A stretch of DNA of 64,000 nucleotides from an uncultured virus (IMG/VR IMGVR_UViG_3300036406_001455) (taxonomy: Duplodnaviria > Heunggongvirae > Uroviricota > Caudoviricetes). Both the position numbers and the translations under genes were made by a program. Below, piece by piece: positions 1-7,527 of the stretch (position 1 is the first letter of the stretch; every line of letters begins with the position of its first letter). The stretch lies in IMG/VR virus record IMGVR_UViG_3300036406_001455; one strand, written 5' to 3'. The notes beneath the pieces are model-generated. The model ran no database searches and was not told the DNA's origin. It saw nothing but the letters and a program-made list of their open reading frames with translations.

Positions 1-73
1 TCGCCTGCGCCGCCTTCATGCCGGCATTGAGCACGGTTTTCACGATCACATAGAGCTTGCTGCTGTCGGTCAA
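1..73 (-). CDS. Peptidyl-tRNA hydrolase 2 (PTH2)-like protein, N-terminal fragment running off the window edge
   Basis: Manual translation from TTG at 73 (overlapping the upstream TGA): MTDSSKLYVIVKTVLNAGMKAAQA, matching the PTH2 N-terminal pattern KxYvvVRxDL..G..AAQaxH. Only 24 codons are visible. Confidence 0.55.
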   Translation of the reverse strand, partial: MTDSSKLYVIVKTVLNAGMKAAQA

Positions 74-327
74 GATGCACCTCGGGTAATGGTTGCGTGT
101 TGTCGGCCAGCGACCGTGTGCAGCCGCAAGCCGCCACGAAACTGGATGGCCCCCTGCGTGTGTGCGTTGCCCGGTGTCTCCTTCGTGCTGAACGGCACAT
201 CAGCCTCGACGTGCCACGCGTAGTGCGTCTGGCCGCGGGTCTTGAGCACCCAGGGCGGAATCTCTGGATCGCTGAGACTCGCCTTGTTGAAGTGAAACAC
301 GATGCGATCGAAAGCGGTGTCTGCCAT
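70..327 (-). CDS. Hypothetical phage protein (85 aa)
   Basis: ATG at 327 just downstream of the tRNA-like CCA end; stop overlaps the next start; MADTAFDRIVFHFNK... Confidence 0.7.
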   Translation of the reverse strand: MADTAFDRIVFHFNKASLSDPEIPPWVLKTRGQTHYAWHVEADVPFSTKETPGNAHTQGAIQFRGGLRLHTVAGRQHATITRGAS

Positions 328-343
328 CACAGCACCGCCGAAA

Positions 344-421
344 TGGAGCACGCGCATGGACTTGAACCACGGACCTGAAGGCGTTTCACGGCCTTCCGCT
401 CTACCGCTGAGCTACGCATGC
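344..421 (-). tRNA. tRNA-like gene with enlarged anticodon arm (GAA at the apex; Phe-like or undetermined)
   Basis: GCATGCG-TA-GCTC AGCGGTA GAGC-G-GAAGG CCGTGAAACG CCTTC-AGGTC-CGTGG TTCAAGT CCATG-CGCGTGC-T-CCA: intact acceptor, D and T arms, encoded CCA, 10-nt anticodon loop. Confidence 0.85.
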
Positions 422-426
422 CAAGG

Positions 427-478
427 TGGTGGGGGAGGAGGGTGTTGAGCCCACGAGCCCCCCGAGGGAGCCTCCCCC
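427..478 (-). ncRNA. 52-nt mini-tRNA-like element (acceptor stem, one short hairpin, T-like arm, ACCA)
   Basis: GGGGGAG-GCTCCC TCG GGGGGC-TC-GTGGG CTCAACA CCCTC-CTCCCCC-A-CCA: perfect 7-bp acceptor stem and a 7-nt T-like loop; lies between two tRNA-like genes. Confidence 0.65.
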
Positions 479-484
479 AAGAAA

Positions 485-562
485 TGGTGCATCCGCGCGG
501 ACTCGAACCGCGGACCTCCTGGGTCATTACGCCAGACGCGCTACCAACTGCGCTACAGATGC
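485..562 (-). tRNA. tRNA-like gene with a 9-nt anticodon loop (identity undetermined)
   Basis: GCATCTG-TA-GCGC AGTTGGTA GCGC-G-TCTGG CGTAATGAC CCAGG-AGGTC-CGCGG TTCGAGT CCGCG-CGGATGC-A-CCA. Confidence 0.85.
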
Positions 563-568
563 GTGCTC

Positions 569-626
569 GCCGCGTTGACGTGTACTGCCGGCCCCCCTTC
601 TCCGGGGGCGCGTGGTCAATGTCGGC
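569..626 (-). ncRNA. Long imperfect hairpin in the leader of the tRNA-like operon
   Basis: Nested complementary segments GCCG/CGGC, TTGAC/GTCAA and GCCCCC-GGAGAA-GGGGGGC. Confidence 0.4.
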
Positions 627-645
627 TGAGTTTGGTCACGATTGG

Positions 646-674
646 AAGGTAGGGCGCTCGGGTTCATGCGTCAA
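646..674 (-). promoter_or_regulatory. Sigma70-type promoter for the tRNA-like operon
   Basis: TTGACG-17 nt-TACCTT on the minus strand. Confidence 0.7.
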
Positions 675-733
675 GGGACGTAGGGCAGCGTGACGTTTCG
701 TTACAAAGCGCCGCCCCGTCCTTCACCATGACT

Positions 734-1654
734 CTACGCCTCCCCGGCAACGAACGCATCGAACAGCCGCCCGACGCCCCGCAACATGCGCTCGGTCGAG
801 TCGCCGTTGAGTTGCCAGCCGAGGGCCGCACCCCCCACGACCTGCAACAGCCGCGCGTCCGGAATGCCGTCCATGATGCCCGGTCCGAGCGGGTTGGGGA
901 ACACCTGAGTGAAGCGCGAGGACAGGCATGTCGCCTGATGCCGCAACCAGTTCTCCCGATGTTCCAGGATGATCTTGGCGCCCAGCACCTCCTCCGGGGG
1001 CGGCAAGAGCGAATCGTGGAAGTGCAGCACCGCGCGGTCGGTCAGGTCCGCGCATATCCGACCCTGTTTCTCGGCCAACGGGCTATGTCGATGGGCGATG
1101 CGGTAGCGGTGCCCCGTGTACCGTCCGGTGCAGAGGAGGTACCCGTGGCGCTGCCAGCTGGCCCACTGCTCCCCGGTACAGAACGCACGGAGCACTTCGC
1201 TGGCGCGCTTCTCCGCAGCGGTTTCGGGCGTGGGGCAGCAGGGCGTGGCTCGCCGGACGGTGACCGCCGCGTCGGCCTCCGGAGCAGCGGATAGGGCGGC
1301 AGCGCTCTCCAGGCTGTGGGTCGCTGTTACCTCGCCGTTGATCGAGCGCACCGCGGTCAGGAGCCCCGGGTTCTCACCCGCGGTTGCGGGTACCAGCAGC
1401 GCTCCTGCGTCGGCGATGTTGGCCACCACTTTGATATTGGTCACGCCGACCAGGCCGATGTTCTGCTTCGCGCCCACCCACTCGCGGTCGCGCGCGGTCC
1501 GGAGGAATGCTTGCAGCTTCTCCACCTCGGCGGGGGTCGGGTTCTCCACGGTCAGCGTGCAGCACGCCGAGCCTTTCCAGTCCTTGGCTGCTTCGAGGCG
1601 GTAGTCACCGGAGGTCGACGGGATGTACCAGCGCTGAATCACGCTTCCTCCCAT
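734..1654 (-). CDS. Hypothetical protein; C-terminal domain paralogous to 62210..62656
   Basis: 306-aa ORF with high GC3; shares RA..(L/F)R.F....Q......GY/F......G..YR(I/V)...HD...P.....L with the 62-kb protein. Confidence 0.8.
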   Translation of the reverse strand: MGGSVIQRWYIPSTSGDYRLEAAKDWKGSACCTLTVENPTPAEVEKLQAFLRTARDREWVGAKQNIGLVGVTNIKVVANIADAGALLVPATAGENPGLLTAVRSINGEVTATHSLESAAALSAAPEADAAVTVRRATPCCPTPETAAEKRASEVLRAFCTGEQWASWQRHGYLLCTGRYTGHRYRIAHRHSPLAEKQGRICADLTDRAVLHFHDSLLPPPEEVLGAKIILEHRENWLRHQATCLSSRFTQVFPNPLGPGIMDGIPDARLLQVVGGAALGWQLNGDSTERMLRGVGRLFDAFVAGEA

Positions 1655-2223
1655 TCCGTTCCGGGCGCGGGCTCATCCGTGAGGGGGTGCGCCGTAGATG
1701 CCATAGGTCGGGTGTCGATGCCGTACCACGTCAACATTTTTTCGCTCAACTCGTCTGCGCCCTCGATGTCGCCGGCCCGCACACAGGCGATGCGCGCGTC
1801 CATCAGCTCCGCGAGCTTCGGCCGCGTCGTCTTGTCCATGTAGGCGCGCGCCACCGCCAACGCTTCGGCGATGACCCGTTGCCCGTGATTCTCGGCGACC
1901 TGCGACACGGTGCCCGTGGGTCCGCTGTACGCGCCCTGTCCGGCGGCGCTCTCCACCGTCTCGTCGTCGCCCTGTCGGACCCGAGGCCGAACATCCACGC
2001 CGTCGAGAGCCGCCAGGAGGCCCCGGGCCTGCTCGCTGGTCAACGCGAGCGCGCGAAGCACGCCGGCCGCGTCCGTGGCGGGGGCGCTACGAAGTTCGTC
2101 GGCCATGTCGCTGAGCACGTCGGCTAGGGTCACCTGAACCTTCCGCGCGCGTTGGACGGCGCGGGGAGTCTCATACGGGTCTTGAAGATCATCGGCCATG
2201 TCGCTGAGCACATCTTGGTTCAT
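1639..2223 (-). CDS. Hypothetical protein with duplicated DVLSDMAD motif
   Basis: ATG at 2223 overlaps the upstream TGA; internal DNA direct repeat TCGGCCATGTCGCTGAGCAC. Confidence 0.7.
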   Translation of the reverse strand: MNQDVLSDMADDLQDPYETPRAVQRARKVQVTLADVLSDMADELRSAPATDAAGVLRALALTSEQARGLLAALDGVDVRPRVRQGDDETVESAAGQGAYSGPTGTVSQVAENHGQRVIAEALAVARAYMDKTTRPKLAELMDARIACVRAGDIEGADELSEKMLTWYGIDTRPMASTAHPLTDEPAPGTEWEEA

Positions 2224-2375
2224 TGGTCGTATTCCTTGATGAATGATGCTTCCCGCAGCAAGCCGGCGAGCTGGTAGAGGTTGATGCGGATGGGCGGCGC
2301 GTGCTGCGTCTTGACGAAGACGCGGCCATTCTGGGTGTAGGTGCGGACGGTGATGCGGGCGAGTTGCAGGGTCAT
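2220..2375 (-). CDS. Small hypothetical protein (51 aa, not in the ORF track)
   Basis: MTLQLARITVRTYTQNGRVFVKTQHAPPIRINLYQLAGLLREASFIKEYDQ; its stop overlaps the next ATG. Confidence 0.6.
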   Translation of the reverse strand: MTLQLARITVRTYTQNGRVFVKTQHAPPIRINLYQLAGLLREASFIKEYDQ

Positions 2376-2381
2376 GCCCCC

Positions 2382-2702
2382 CTATCGGCTGTCCCCGCTG
2401 GGGGCTTGAGTGCCGAACGCTGAATCTTGCTGAAACAACGGACTGAGCGGACCAGGGCCGCTGGCTTCGTTTGCGAGCCCCGGACTCTTGCACCAGTGCG
2501 CGTGCCAGCTTCTCGCAAGCTGGCGGTAGTGGTGCGCCTTCTGAAGCGGCGTACGGTCGGGGGCGTCAAACAGGTGCGCAACGCTGCGCCCGTCGCGACC
2601 CTTCCAGATGTCGGAGGTCGCCCGTTGCGCCCCGGACATCAGCGCCCACAAGGCCCAGCGAGGCCACGTGTGCGCGCGTCGAGTGCCAATGTGGGGGCTC
2701 AT
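2382..2702 (-). CDS. Hypothetical protein
   Basis: ATG overlapping the upstream stop; fits operon packing. Confidence 0.5.
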   Translation of the reverse strand: MSPHIGTRRAHTWPRWALWALMSGAQRATSDIWKGRDGRSVAHLFDAPDRTPLQKAHHYRQLARSWHAHWCKSPGLANEASGPGPLSPLFQQDSAFGTQAPSGDSR

Positions 2703-3124
2703 CGCGTGCATTCCTCCCAGCGGATCACTTGTTCGAGTGCGAATGCTTTGAATAGGTGTTCCGCAACGGCGCATGGATCCCGTCGTGCAGCCTCCCGCAG
2801 CACGTTGGCTTGCTCGCGTAGTCGAGCAACCACCTCCAGACGCCCGTGTGCCCGCCCACGTTCGAAGGCCGCTGATTCCAACGGGTCCACACCCGGGGGC
2901 TCCGCAGCTGCCGCCGGGCGTTGCAGGCGACTCCGCAACAGCCACTCTGCGTCAGCTGGGGTAGCCGCGCCAAGCAAGATGCGGTGGCACTTGATGATTT
3001 CACGGCACAGGCCCTCGGCGTAGTCCTGCGGCGCGTTGCCGCCGTGAAGCGCGGCTTGCAGAAGCGCGGCACGCTGCTGGGCAAGCTCTACGATGACCCG
3101 CGCGACGGGTTCGGTGATTGTCAT
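2699..3124 (-). CDS. Hypothetical helical protein
   Basis: ATGA-coupled ORF, MTITEPVARVIVELAQQ... Confidence 0.65.
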   Translation of the reverse strand: MTITEPVARVIVELAQQRAALLQAALHGGNAPQDYAEGLCREIIKCHRILLGAATPADAEWLLRSRLQRPAAAAEPPGVDPLESAAFERGRAHGRLEVVARLREQANVLREAARRDPCAVAEHLFKAFALEQVIRWEECTR

Positions 3125-3618
3125 GCTCGGGTGTCCTGTAGACGCACTTCCGAAGGGCTCCACGGCATGTCCCGACCCCACGGCGTAGGCCCCGCGACAA
3201 GCACGGCGCCGGGCGGGGGCCACGTACGCAGCACCGCCAGTTTCGGCTCGTAGTTACCCTGAACAACTGCGATGGGATTCGTGCGCAACATCGACACGAT
3301 CATGAACGAGTCGCCCCCATCGAGGAAGCGCCCGGCGCCCTCGACCTGCACCCACACCTGCCCTTCAAGGGGTCCGGGTGGCGGGATGGGGTACTCGCGG
3401 TCGATACGCTCCATGGCCGATGCGACATCTTCGATCCACGGCCGGTATGCGCCGCGCAGGTTCTGCATGTTCGCCGGTGGGTGGTCCTGGCTCAGCCGCA
3501 TCAGGTCGATACCGTCGCAGCGTTGACCTGGGCGTCGCCACCACGGGCGCTCGGGCACGCTGAAGTCTGGCCAGCCTCTGGCCCACCGCTCACGCACTTC
3601 TTGGGGCATAGGGATCAT
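3121..3618 (-). CDS. Hypothetical protein, ERPWW/GQVW family paralog 1
   Basis: Motifs ERPWW, RCD, D.EYP.PPP...GQVW and AGPTPWGRDMPW shared with the 47-kb genes. Confidence 0.8.
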   Translation of the reverse strand: MIPMPQEVRERWARGWPDFSVPERPWWRRPGQRCDGIDLMRLSQDHPPANMQNLRGAYRPWIEDVASAMERIDREYPIPPPGPLEGQVWVQVEGAGRFLDGGDSFMIVSMLRTNPIAVVQGNYEPKLAVLRTWPPPGAVLVAGPTPWGRDMPWSPSEVRLQDTRA

Positions 3619-4388
3619 GACGCGGCCTCCAAGTACACCGGCACAAGGTTGAGCGGTTCCGCGGTCAGGTCGAACGACGCGCCGGTGACGCGCCCGCGGT
3701 CTTGGTCCCGGTTGTAGCGGTGAATGCCGTCCGAGCCCAACACGGTGGCAATGGCGGGCTCGCCGTGGGCGCTGATGATCTCCACCGGAACACCGGAGAG
3801 GGTCATGTACGTCTGGCCGATCTCGAAGGGCCGCGACGGTGGGGGCCGGGTGTAGGCGGAGAGGCCGTTGTCATGTTCAGGCGTGGTGATGCTGGCACTG
3901 CTTGCCGTGGCATCGGGCGCGCCTTCGTCGGGTGCGCACGCCACCTCCGCTACGCATTCAACCGTGACGACCATGTCCGGCGTCGCCATGCGAAACGGCG
4001 CGACGACCGACAGCGCGATCTGTCTGGCTACGCGCTCCGGCGTACCTTCGAACACCACCCGGCGCTCGTGCCGCACGCGAGGACCGCTGGGCAGCCGCGC
4101 CAAGGCCGTGCGGTAGGCGGCCTGGGGTACGGCGTCCGGGTGCCCCGCGGGGAGGTCCACGCGGTCGCGCCGGCCGATGGCGGCGTGCACCAGACGCAGC
4201 GCCGCGGGGTCATGCGTGCCCGTGTAGACCGAGGAATGCTTCACGAGCACCCGCCCCGGCACAGCGGCGAGGCTCACGATGCCGAAACGCGCGCCTGCGC
4301 CTTCGGAGAACTCCACCACGTCACCGACGCGGACCCTCGTGCCGCCAGCGTAGGTTGGCGGCGGCAGTAGTTCATCACGGGGCATCAC
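3615..4388 (-). CDS. Hypothetical protein with beta-rich (SH3-like) segments
   Basis: 257-aa coupled ORF; VRVGDVVEF and FEIGQTY patterns. Confidence 0.65.
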   Translation of the reverse strand: MMPRDELLPPPTYAGGTRVRVGDVVEFSEGAGARFGIVSLAAVPGRVLVKHSSVYTGTHDPAALRLVHAAIGRRDRVDLPAGHPDAVPQAAYRTALARLPSGPRVRHERRVVFEGTPERVARQIALSVVAPFRMATPDMVVTVECVAEVACAPDEGAPDATASSASITTPEHDNGLSAYTRPPPSRPFEIGQTYMTLSGVPVEIISAHGEPAIATVLGSDGIHRYNRDQDRGRVTGASFDLTAEPLNLVPVYLEAAS

Positions 4389-4768
4389 ACGTCCTCCACA
4401 GAAATCGGGTAGTCGCGCACTTCGGGGGCGTCCGGGGTATCCGGGGGATCGCTAGAAAGTTCGTCAGGCGCATCGCCCCATGCGTCGATCCACGCCAGGA
4501 ACGTCTCACCGCGCTCGCTCTCCTGCCACGCATCAGAGCGGTTGTCGTAGCAGTCCTGCAGCTCGCTCTCGACCTCCTCTCGGAAGGTGTTGAACTCTTC
4601 AACCAAGTCGTTGTACGCAGCCACCGGCATGTCCGCCGTCTCTTCCCACGCGTCACGTACGCGGTCAGCCAACGCCGCGTAGGCTGTCTCGACTTCGGCT
4701 GCGGCTGCGGCCAGCCGTGCCTTGAAGTCCGCCAGTTGTGCTTGCTGCTGCTTGGATAGCGATTTCAT
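4385..4768 (-). CDS. Acidic helical protein
   Basis: MKSLSKQQQ...; D/E-rich C-terminal half containing YDNRSDAWQESERGE. Confidence 0.75.
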   Translation of the reverse strand: MKSLSKQQQAQLADFKARLAAAAAEVETAYAALADRVRDAWEETADMPVAAYNDLVEEFNTFREEVESELQDCYDNRSDAWQESERGETFLAWIDAWGDAPDELSSDPPDTPDAPEVRDYPISVEDV

Positions 4769-4968
4769 GCGAACACCGGAGGCGCGGGAGGGGAGCCCGT
4801 ATCCCGCTCGCCATACACGAGGGGTTCGCGAGAGACTACAACCAGCTTCGGCTGCTGATCGCGTTCCTCGTGTGTGCGCTCGCAGCGAGCGCACCCGGTG
4901 TGCAGGGTACCGAACCCCGGGTCGTGGCGACACACGGCGCAGGGCTGAAGGCGAGTAACCACGTTCAT
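4765..4968 (-). CDS. Small CxxC protein
   Basis: MNVVTRLQPCAVC...CARC; coupled to both neighbours. Confidence 0.5.
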   Translation of the reverse strand: MNVVTRLQPCAVCRHDPGFGTLHTGCARCERTHEERDQQPKLVVVSREPLVYGERDTGSPPAPPVFA

Positions 4969-5171
4969 GGCCGCCGCCACAGGCAGGTACCATCGCGCCC
5001 CACCGCCGCGATCACGCCAGCATGCCACAAAATGCTGCTCGTGTTGGGGCTGCACCCGCGAACCACCCAGGTATCGCTGGACAACCGCGCCCACTGAATC
5101 ACGGTGCGCTCCATGCCGCCTGCGTGTTCGTATTCGATCCACATGCCGGGTTCCGGCGAGAAGGGCATCAT
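4965..5171 (-). CDS. Small hypothetical protein
   Basis: MMPFSPEPGMWIEYEH...; coupled to both neighbours. Confidence 0.55.
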   Translation of the reverse strand: MMPFSPEPGMWIEYEHAGGMERTVIQWARLSSDTWVVRGCSPNTSSILWHAGVIAAVGRDGTCLWRRP

Positions 5172-5917
5172 GAACCCTCCTGCAGCTTCTGATCGGAGAG
5201 CACCCCGGCGATGTCCGGCGCACGCCAGCCGGGGGGCTTCTGCACCTTGCCTTGGGCGTCGCGCAGCACCGTGTGGCCGATGCCGTTGCATGCGGTGCAA
5301 CGGTGCTGCGCCTGAACCGCGGCCAAGCGCGTGCGCGCGCGGTGAAGGTCGTTTACGCCCATGGAGAAGTAGGGACGCTCGCCGTCACGCGCATGTCGCC
5401 ACAACTCGTACATCGCCACGCGGTCGTCTTGATGCTCCATGGCGCAAAGCACCTCCGAAGCGCCTGCGGCGTACGCATGGGCTTCTCCCATGACGGCTAC
5501 CCGGATGTCGTGTTCCCGCGCCGTGTTTCCCCGTCCCACGCAGGTGTCGCACATCGGGTACTTGTCCATGTTCGCCGCCTGGACCGCTTGCCACACCCGG
5601 TCGTGTTCGATGCCCAACGCGATGGCCGCACCCACAGCCACGTACTCAAGGTCGGCGAGGCCATCGGCGACATCGGGCAGGTTGCCCTCTGCCATGGCCA
5701 TCAGCGTCTCCCCCAGTTCTTCGAGCATCAGCCGCGCGCGAAGGGCCAGGAGGTTGTTGTGGCCCTTGAGTGCCGTCGCCATGGCCACCAGTGCCATGCC
5801 GCTGCTGCTGAGCGCCGCCATCGTCTCGGGCGACGCGGCCAGCGGCTGAAGCGTGTCGGGGCACTGCTCCGGCTGCCCGATGCGCATGAAGGCCAGAACG
5901 TCGTTGTAGGTGTTCAT
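5168..5917 (-). CDS. MazG-like/PRA-PH all-alpha NTP pyrophosphohydrolase with a zinc-clasp insertion
   Basis: LMLEELGE...VADGLADLEYV...VQAANMDK...GKVQKPPGWRAPDI; insertion bounded by CDTCVGRG and CTACNGIG. Confidence 0.85.
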   Translation of the reverse strand: MNTYNDVLAFMRIGQPEQCPDTLQPLAASPETMAALSSSGMALVAMATALKGHNNLLALRARLMLEELGETLMAMAEGNLPDVADGLADLEYVAVGAAIALGIEHDRVWQAVQAANMDKYPMCDTCVGRGNTAREHDIRVAVMGEAHAYAAGASEVLCAMEHQDDRVAMYELWRHARDGERPYFSMGVNDLHRARTRLAAVQAQHRCTACNGIGHTVLRDAQGKVQKPPGWRAPDIAGVLSDQKLQEGS

Positions 5918-5949
5918 GCGCCATGCGTAACACGGGCGCTAAGGCCGGG

Positions 5950-6336
5950 CTACTTCGGATGCAGAAATCCTGCTGTCGATGGCAGCCGGATTTCGCCGCG
6001 AATCAGGTATATCGTGCCATTGTCGGTGGGCGCCGCTTCCTCAGTACCGTCCCAGGTGCCCCGATCTTCGAAGCGCAGGAAGGTCCAGCCGGCAGCCACA
6101 TGGGCGGCGACTTTCTCCTCGGCGTGGCGGATCGCTTCATCGAAGGGCGTTGCGGCCATGAGGTTGGCCATCGTCGTGCGCACACCCACACGTTGGTCCG
6201 TGTCAACTTCGCACGCGTTGCAGTCGTGGACTACCCAACCACCCCGGACGCGGCTGACTTCCACAAGCCAGCCGTTCCGCCTGTACATGGATTCCGTGTC
6301 AACGAGGATGTAGTCGCGGTTCTTCGGGTAGATCAT
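5950..6336 (-). CDS. Hypothetical protein
   Basis: 128-aa ORF with coding-like composition. Confidence 0.7.
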   Translation of the reverse strand: MIYPKNRDYILVDTESMYRRNGWLVEVSRVRGGWVVHDCNACEVDTDQRVGVRTTMANLMAATPFDEAIRHAEEKVAAHVAAGWTFLRFEDRGTWDGTEEAAPTDNGTIYLIRGEIRLPSTAGFLHPK

Positions 6337-6500
6337 GCGGACTCCTGCGGCGCTTCCTGCCGGGCCGCGTTGAGGTCTTCGAGGTCTTCGAAGTCGAGGT
6401 CAGCTGCGTAGAGCGCGTCGAGGAGTTCGTGCTTGGCCGTTACCCCGTAGGTGTCGGCCCACTCGGCAAGCTCGCGCAGTTCGCGATCACGTCGGGTCAT
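6333..6500 (-). CDS. Small acidic hypothetical protein (55 aa, not in the ORF track)
   Basis: MTRRDRELRELAEWADTYGVTAKHELLDALYAADLDFEDLEDLNAARQEAPQESA; stop overlaps the next ATG. Confidence 0.65.
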   Translation of the reverse strand: MTRRDRELRELAEWADTYGVTAKHELLDALYAADLDFEDLEDLNAARQEAPQESA

Positions 6501-6723
6501 CAGAGCCCCCTTTGGCCCACCGGGCGCCTTCTGGCGTAGGCTCGTTGTCTACGTGGATCATGCTGCGATAGCCAGGCAGCAGCGTGACGCGTATCACCGG
6601 CGTTTCCGCCGCGGATACGCGCACGGTCGTGCCGAACACGAGGTCCATGGCGAAGTTGAGTTTGTGGTTCGCCGGACAACCCAGCGACCTGTCGCCTAGC
6701 GGCCGCTCACAGAGCGCGCACAT
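6487..6723 (-). CDS. Small hypothetical protein (CxxC...CxxxH)
   Basis: MCALCERPLGDRSLGCPANH... Confidence 0.5.
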   Translation of the reverse strand: MCALCERPLGDRSLGCPANHKLNFAMDLVFGTTVRVSAAETPVIRVTLLPGYRSMIHVDNEPTPEGARWAKGGSDDPT

Positions 6724-6724
6724 C

Positions 6725-6982
6725 TCAGCCACAGGCCACCGCGTCGAGGACCGCGCGGGCGCGCTCCACTTCCAGCTCGATGGCCGGGTGTTCATCATCC
6801 AGCGTGGCCAACCCGGCGGCGCAATCCAGATGGCACTTCGCCCCCCACAGATCGCCCCACTCCGCGGGAAACGGTTCCATCCACGCCATCGCGATGTCCA
6901 GAAAGAGCGCGGCATCCTCTCGACCGCGGCGGTCCAGGCACTCCAGCGCAGCGCTCGCCACGTGTTTGACGGCTTGATTCAT
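6725..6982 (-). CDS. Hypothetical protein
   Basis: MNQAVKHVASAALE...; coupled to the upstream gene. Confidence 0.6.
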   Translation of the reverse strand: MNQAVKHVASAALECLDRRGREDAALFLDIAMAWMEPFPAEWGDLWGAKCHLDCAAGLATLDDEHPAIELEVERARAVLDAVACG

Positions 6983-7527
6983 CGGTGGTGGTCCACGGGT
7001 TTCCACGTTTTTGCCTTCATGCGCTCTTTGATCTCCCCGTAAGACACGGGCCGGTAATCCCAGCAGTCCACCCCGATGTCGAGGGACCGCACGTTCGGGT
7101 CATCGGCGAGGTTGCCGTGAGAGTGCCCAAAGAGCATCCAGGCGCCGTAATGTGCGCGGTCCCACACCCGCATCGCGTAGTGGCAGAGCACGATGCGCTG
7201 GACGCCAAGGGGCGCGTCCGCATCGGGCACCTTGACGGTGTGCATGTCCTTGATCCAGCCGAACGCCTTGCCGGGAACCTCGCGGTCGTGGTTGCCGCGG
7301 ACCAGGTATTTCTGCCCATTGAGCCGTTCGGCGAGGCGCGCGGCCTCCTCCTTGCGGCAGAGCGCGAAGTCACCCACGACGTACACCTCGTCGTCAGGCT
7401 GCACCACGGCGTTCCAGTTGGCCACCAGCGCTTCGTTCATCTCGTGCGCGTCCTTGAAGGGCCGCCCGGCGTATTGGATCACGTTGGCGTGGCCAAAATG
7501 CAGGTCGGATGTGAAGAAGGTGTTCAT
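6979..7527 (-). CDS. Calcineurin-like metallophosphoesterase
   Basis: SDLHFGH, VGD, RGNHD, CHY, FGHSHG and GVD motifs. Confidence 0.92.
   Translation of the reverse strand: MNTFFTSDLHFGHANVIQYAGRPFKDAHEMNEALVANWNAVVQPDDEVYVVGDFALCRKEEAARLAERLNGQKYLVRGNHDREVPGKAFGWIKDMHTVKVPDADAPLGVQRIVLCHYAMRVWDRAHYGAWMLFGHSHGNLADDPNVRSLDIGVDCWDYRPVSYGEIKERMKAKTWKPVDHHR

Noticed and set aside
427..478. Mini-RNA as a tmRNA (its 3' end resembles tmRNA ends)
   Set aside because: No G3-U70 alanine determinant and no mRNA-like domain; the acceptor strands close within 52 nt.
327..693. Track ORFs 327..527 (-) and 418..693 (+)
   Set aside because: They overlap the tRNA-like genes and translate their sequence; no coding signal.
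6979..7527. Metallophosphoesterase as the Mre11/SbcD partner of the Rad50-like ATPase
   Set aside because: It is only 182 aa, belongs to the short phage phosphoesterase type, lacks a capping domain and lies 10 kb away.
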